Source: Podarcis cretensis (taxonomy: Eukaryota). Taken from it: a stretch of 64,000 bases of DNA. Positions 60,991 to 64,000 of this stretch are shown here, piece after piece (within the stretch, counting starts at the first letter, position 1; every line of letters starts with the position of its first letter). A program made the position numbers and the translations under genes. The notes beneath the pieces were generated by a model. That model searched no databases and was not told the DNA's origin. It worked only from the letters and a program-made list of their open reading frames with translations. Location of the stretch: the NCBI GenBank assembly GCA_951804945.1, contig OX638155.1, positions 37,572,001 to 37,636,000 of the forward strand. The letters run 5' to 3'.

Positions 60991-62559
60991 CCCCAGGCTG
61001 ATCATGGCTTATCTACAGGGACAACAGAAATAAGAGCTGCATTGGGTCAATATAGAGTTGTATTAGGATGTATGAAGAGCAATTCCATGTTTGTCATAGC
61101 TCAAGTACCTTCAAATGCCTTTAAACTAGTGTACGTCGTAACTGAGTTCATGACATATTCTGAGCCTGGAACCTGTGGGATATCATACAAGGACTAAGTC
61201 TGTATGCCACCACTAAGTTGAGAGCTACAGGGAAACTAGCCAAGACACTTCTTATAATAATCAATTGGCCATGATCAATACAAACATTTCCACTTGACAC
61301 TTGGTCACCAGTCTAAGCAACAAGAGGACTCTGCTACTATCTTTTCTTGTGATAAACCTTTGACAAGAGCTAGGTCTGTAATATTCTTTCTTGTTTTGTA
61401 AAGGGACGCTTCCACTAAATCAACCTAAAACTGGTATTGTTGAGAGCTACTATTTCTAAACATAACAAACAGCAGTATAGCTCCAGGGAAAAATAATTGC
61501 ATGAGTACCAGGGTCTCTCTCCACATGGAACAGCTTGCAGGATCAGGGCTGATGCTGTAACCAGCCTTCAAAGGGAAAACTGCACACATGGCTTTGCAAG
61601 CATTATTACCATAAGCAGATGACCCAGTATTTTTGCTTTTAGGTTTGCCAACTGTCACAATTTTTATTCAAAGTCTCATAAGTGCAAGAATATTTTTTTT
61701 ATAAAAAAATATTGAGATCATGAGGCATGTGTTAAAATAATAAACTCAACTTTTATTTGAAGAAAAAAGAACTTTGACCCTCTTTGTTCCAAGAAGCTTC
61801 ACAAGATAAATGCATAAACCAGACAATTACAAAAACTTTATTTTTAAAAAATCTCTTAAGGCTTGCAAATCACTTTCAGGCCCATAGATATTTTGTATGT
61901 GTGAGGCTAAAGGTAATTTACGAGGAAGGAATATCATAAGTCAATGCTAAATGGTGGGGGGGGGGGGAGAATATATTAACTATAAAGCTATAAGTTAATT
62001 TATTATATAATTACAATTCTATTAAATTCAAGAACATTTTAAAAGTGAGTGCCATTTTTTAAAAAGCTTCAGCTAAAATGTTTCAGAATTTTCTGATTCT
62101 AAATGTTTTGGATAACACTCATTAGGCCAATCTGTGTTGCTGAGATTAAAAACCTTTTGAGTTGCACATAACTCTTCTGGCAGAGATTGTCATCAAGACC
62201 CTGTTAATATGATTCTCAGTGGAGAGGCACAGATGGAAAACATGACTTGCAAGCCTTCAGATATCTCTAACTTAACAATATACTCAGGCCAGAAAGGGAT
62301 AACATATTCAAGAAATTTGAAGACAGTATACACTGACTTATTTTGTCCCTATGTCATTTTTGATCAGACAGGTTTTACAGGGTTTTGGAACACTACAAAT
62401 ACCTGAAACACCTGTGACTGGAGATAATAGCAGAATGCACACACTATAGGCAAGAATACTTAAGTGTATCGTATTCAGCTGTTGGTGTCAAGAGACAATC
62501 ACATGCCTCCAGCTGCACTGCCTAAATTATGTATACCAATAGCAATACCTTGAATGTAG

Positions 62560-62790
62560 CCCAGTAGCAGAAATGCAACCAGTGCAGATCTCTGAGCACA
62601 GGTGTTATACATTAACAAGGTCTCACTCCTGTCAGCAATCATGCTTCTGCACTAACTGCAGGCTCCAGGTCAAGCTCAAGGGAAGCCCCACATAAAGCAC
62701 ATTGCAGTAATCCAGTCTTGGTTATGGATAGAGCCAATGATCTCCTTGCAGTTGCCAGAGTATGGTGAGGCTTGCAGGTGCAAGACCGGT
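62560..62790 (-). mobile_element. Decayed L2/CR1-clade LINE ORF2 fragment
   Basis: Minus strand agactggattactgcaatgtgctttatgtggggcttcccttg...ctgcagttagtgcag translates as RLDYCNVLYVGLPL...LQLVQ, the conserved post-RT motif of L2-clade elements. Confidence 0.75.
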
Positions 62791-62819
62791 GTCTGCAATG
62801 AAGAATGGGCTGGATGAAT

Positions 62820-63680
62820 GCCAAACTACTGAAATCAAATCCCAACATGATGGGAGTCCCTGTGGCTGGATGGTTCTTGCCCCTGGAAAGTGGGTAAACT
62901 GCCTGTTCTAGATGAGGTTGCATTCTCCCTCAACCAACAATTGTGTAGTTTGATTACCTGAGGTCCAGGTGATATGGAGTACTTCATCAATCACAGCTGT
63001 TCCTGAACAGAGATAGTCTGACTACTTCCTAGCAGTATGGTAATTTCCTGTTTGGATTATTGTAAAGTTCTTTACATCAGGCTGCACTGGAAGATGGTCT
63101 GGAAGCTACAGCCAGTGCAGAATACAGTGGCCAGAAGGTTAACTGGTGTTGCCGGCTGGAATCATGTAACACTGATTGTAAAAGATCTACTTGTACTTCA
63201 GGGCTCAATTGAAAGTCATTCATGCTGACCTATAAAGTCCCAAATGACTTGGGACCCAAATATGTGAAGAAATGTCTCTCCCTGTATCAGCCTCCTGCTC
63301 ATGTTGTTAGATCTCAGGAGGGAAGATGTCTTCTGCTTCCTACCACCAGGAGAAATGCGTTATGTGGTGACACAGGATAGTCCCTTCTCCATGGTCATCC
63401 TTCCTTATGGAATGCCCTCCCTCTAGAAGCATAAACGTCATCTTGGCACGAGGTAAAGACTGACTTGCTTGCCTGGCTTTTGTAGTATTAGTGTTACTAG
63501 TAGTATTAATGTGAGTATTACTTTTACTACTGCATTAAAATGAGGAGCCTGTTCTGTAGGTCTATGGGTCTTTATGGATTGTAATTTTAAGGATGTACTG
63601 CATTGTATGTGAATTGTTTTAAATGTTTTAATTGTGTTGCACCCCACCCTGAATCCTGGGATGAAGGGAAGGCTATAAAG
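62820..63680 (+). mobile_element. Decayed L2-clade LINE 3' portion
   Basis: ORF 63037-63228 reads VISCLDYCKVLY...KLQPVQNTVARRLTG...HVTLIVKDL (the SRLDYCN...LQxVQNxAAR...HITP motif). It is followed by typical 3' sequence (tggaatgccctcc; ccaccctgaatcc...gaagggaaggctataa). Confidence 0.8.
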
Positions 63681-64000
63681 ACAGAGCAAATGACTTACAC
63701 AATCAAATTGCTGTTACCATCTTCAGAAAGCCTGATTAATAAAGTGCTGCTCATTCTAACATGGGCAAGCCTGGGTGATTAGCTAAAGTTTATAGCTGTT
63801 AGCACTAAGCCGTTGAGCCAAGAGAAAGGATAGCTCCATCTCAGATTTTCACTCTCATATTTGTAACATGTGCTGGCACTCCTGATTAGCAAGGATTTAG
63901 ATTTCTCTTGGATTACTTCTGCTGCCAATCTGTAATGTGACATGGCGGGGAATTTGGCTCACGCAATGAGATAGCTTTCCTTGGAATGACCAGGAATGAA

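Overview
Vertebrate genomic DNA, almost certainly a squamate and probably a lacertid lizard (two full-length Sauria SINEs, plus lizard-type MITEs and solo LTRs). The window holds the head-to-head TSHZ1 / PTGR3 (ZADH2) gene pair. TSHZ1 is on the minus strand. Only its first exon is present: a long GC-rich leader plus 40 coding nt (MPRRKQQAPRRSA, 30617-30656). Everything from 1 to 30616 is its first intron, which contains enhancer-like, homeodomain-motif-rich blocks and seven of the eight N-runs. PTGR3 is complete on the plus strand: two coding exons (34481-34779 and 41894-42818), 407 aa, ending in the peroxisomal signal SKL. About 44-64 kb is gene-poor, repeat-containing intergenic DNA. There are no prokaryotic-type features. 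The most interesting signals are regulatory. (i) The TSHZ1 leader carries a chain of upstream ORFs with recurrent ATGA stop/start overlaps, ending in a poly-Gly uORF that overlaps the main start. (ii) PTGR3 has a uORF plus two in-frame ATGs that could switch the enzyme between mitochondria and peroxisomes. (iii) PBX-HOX/MEIS composite sites lie in the TSHZ1 intron. (iv) The N-runs appear to fall inside conserved-looking elements. All of these are hypotheses from reading the sequence by eye; no searches were run.
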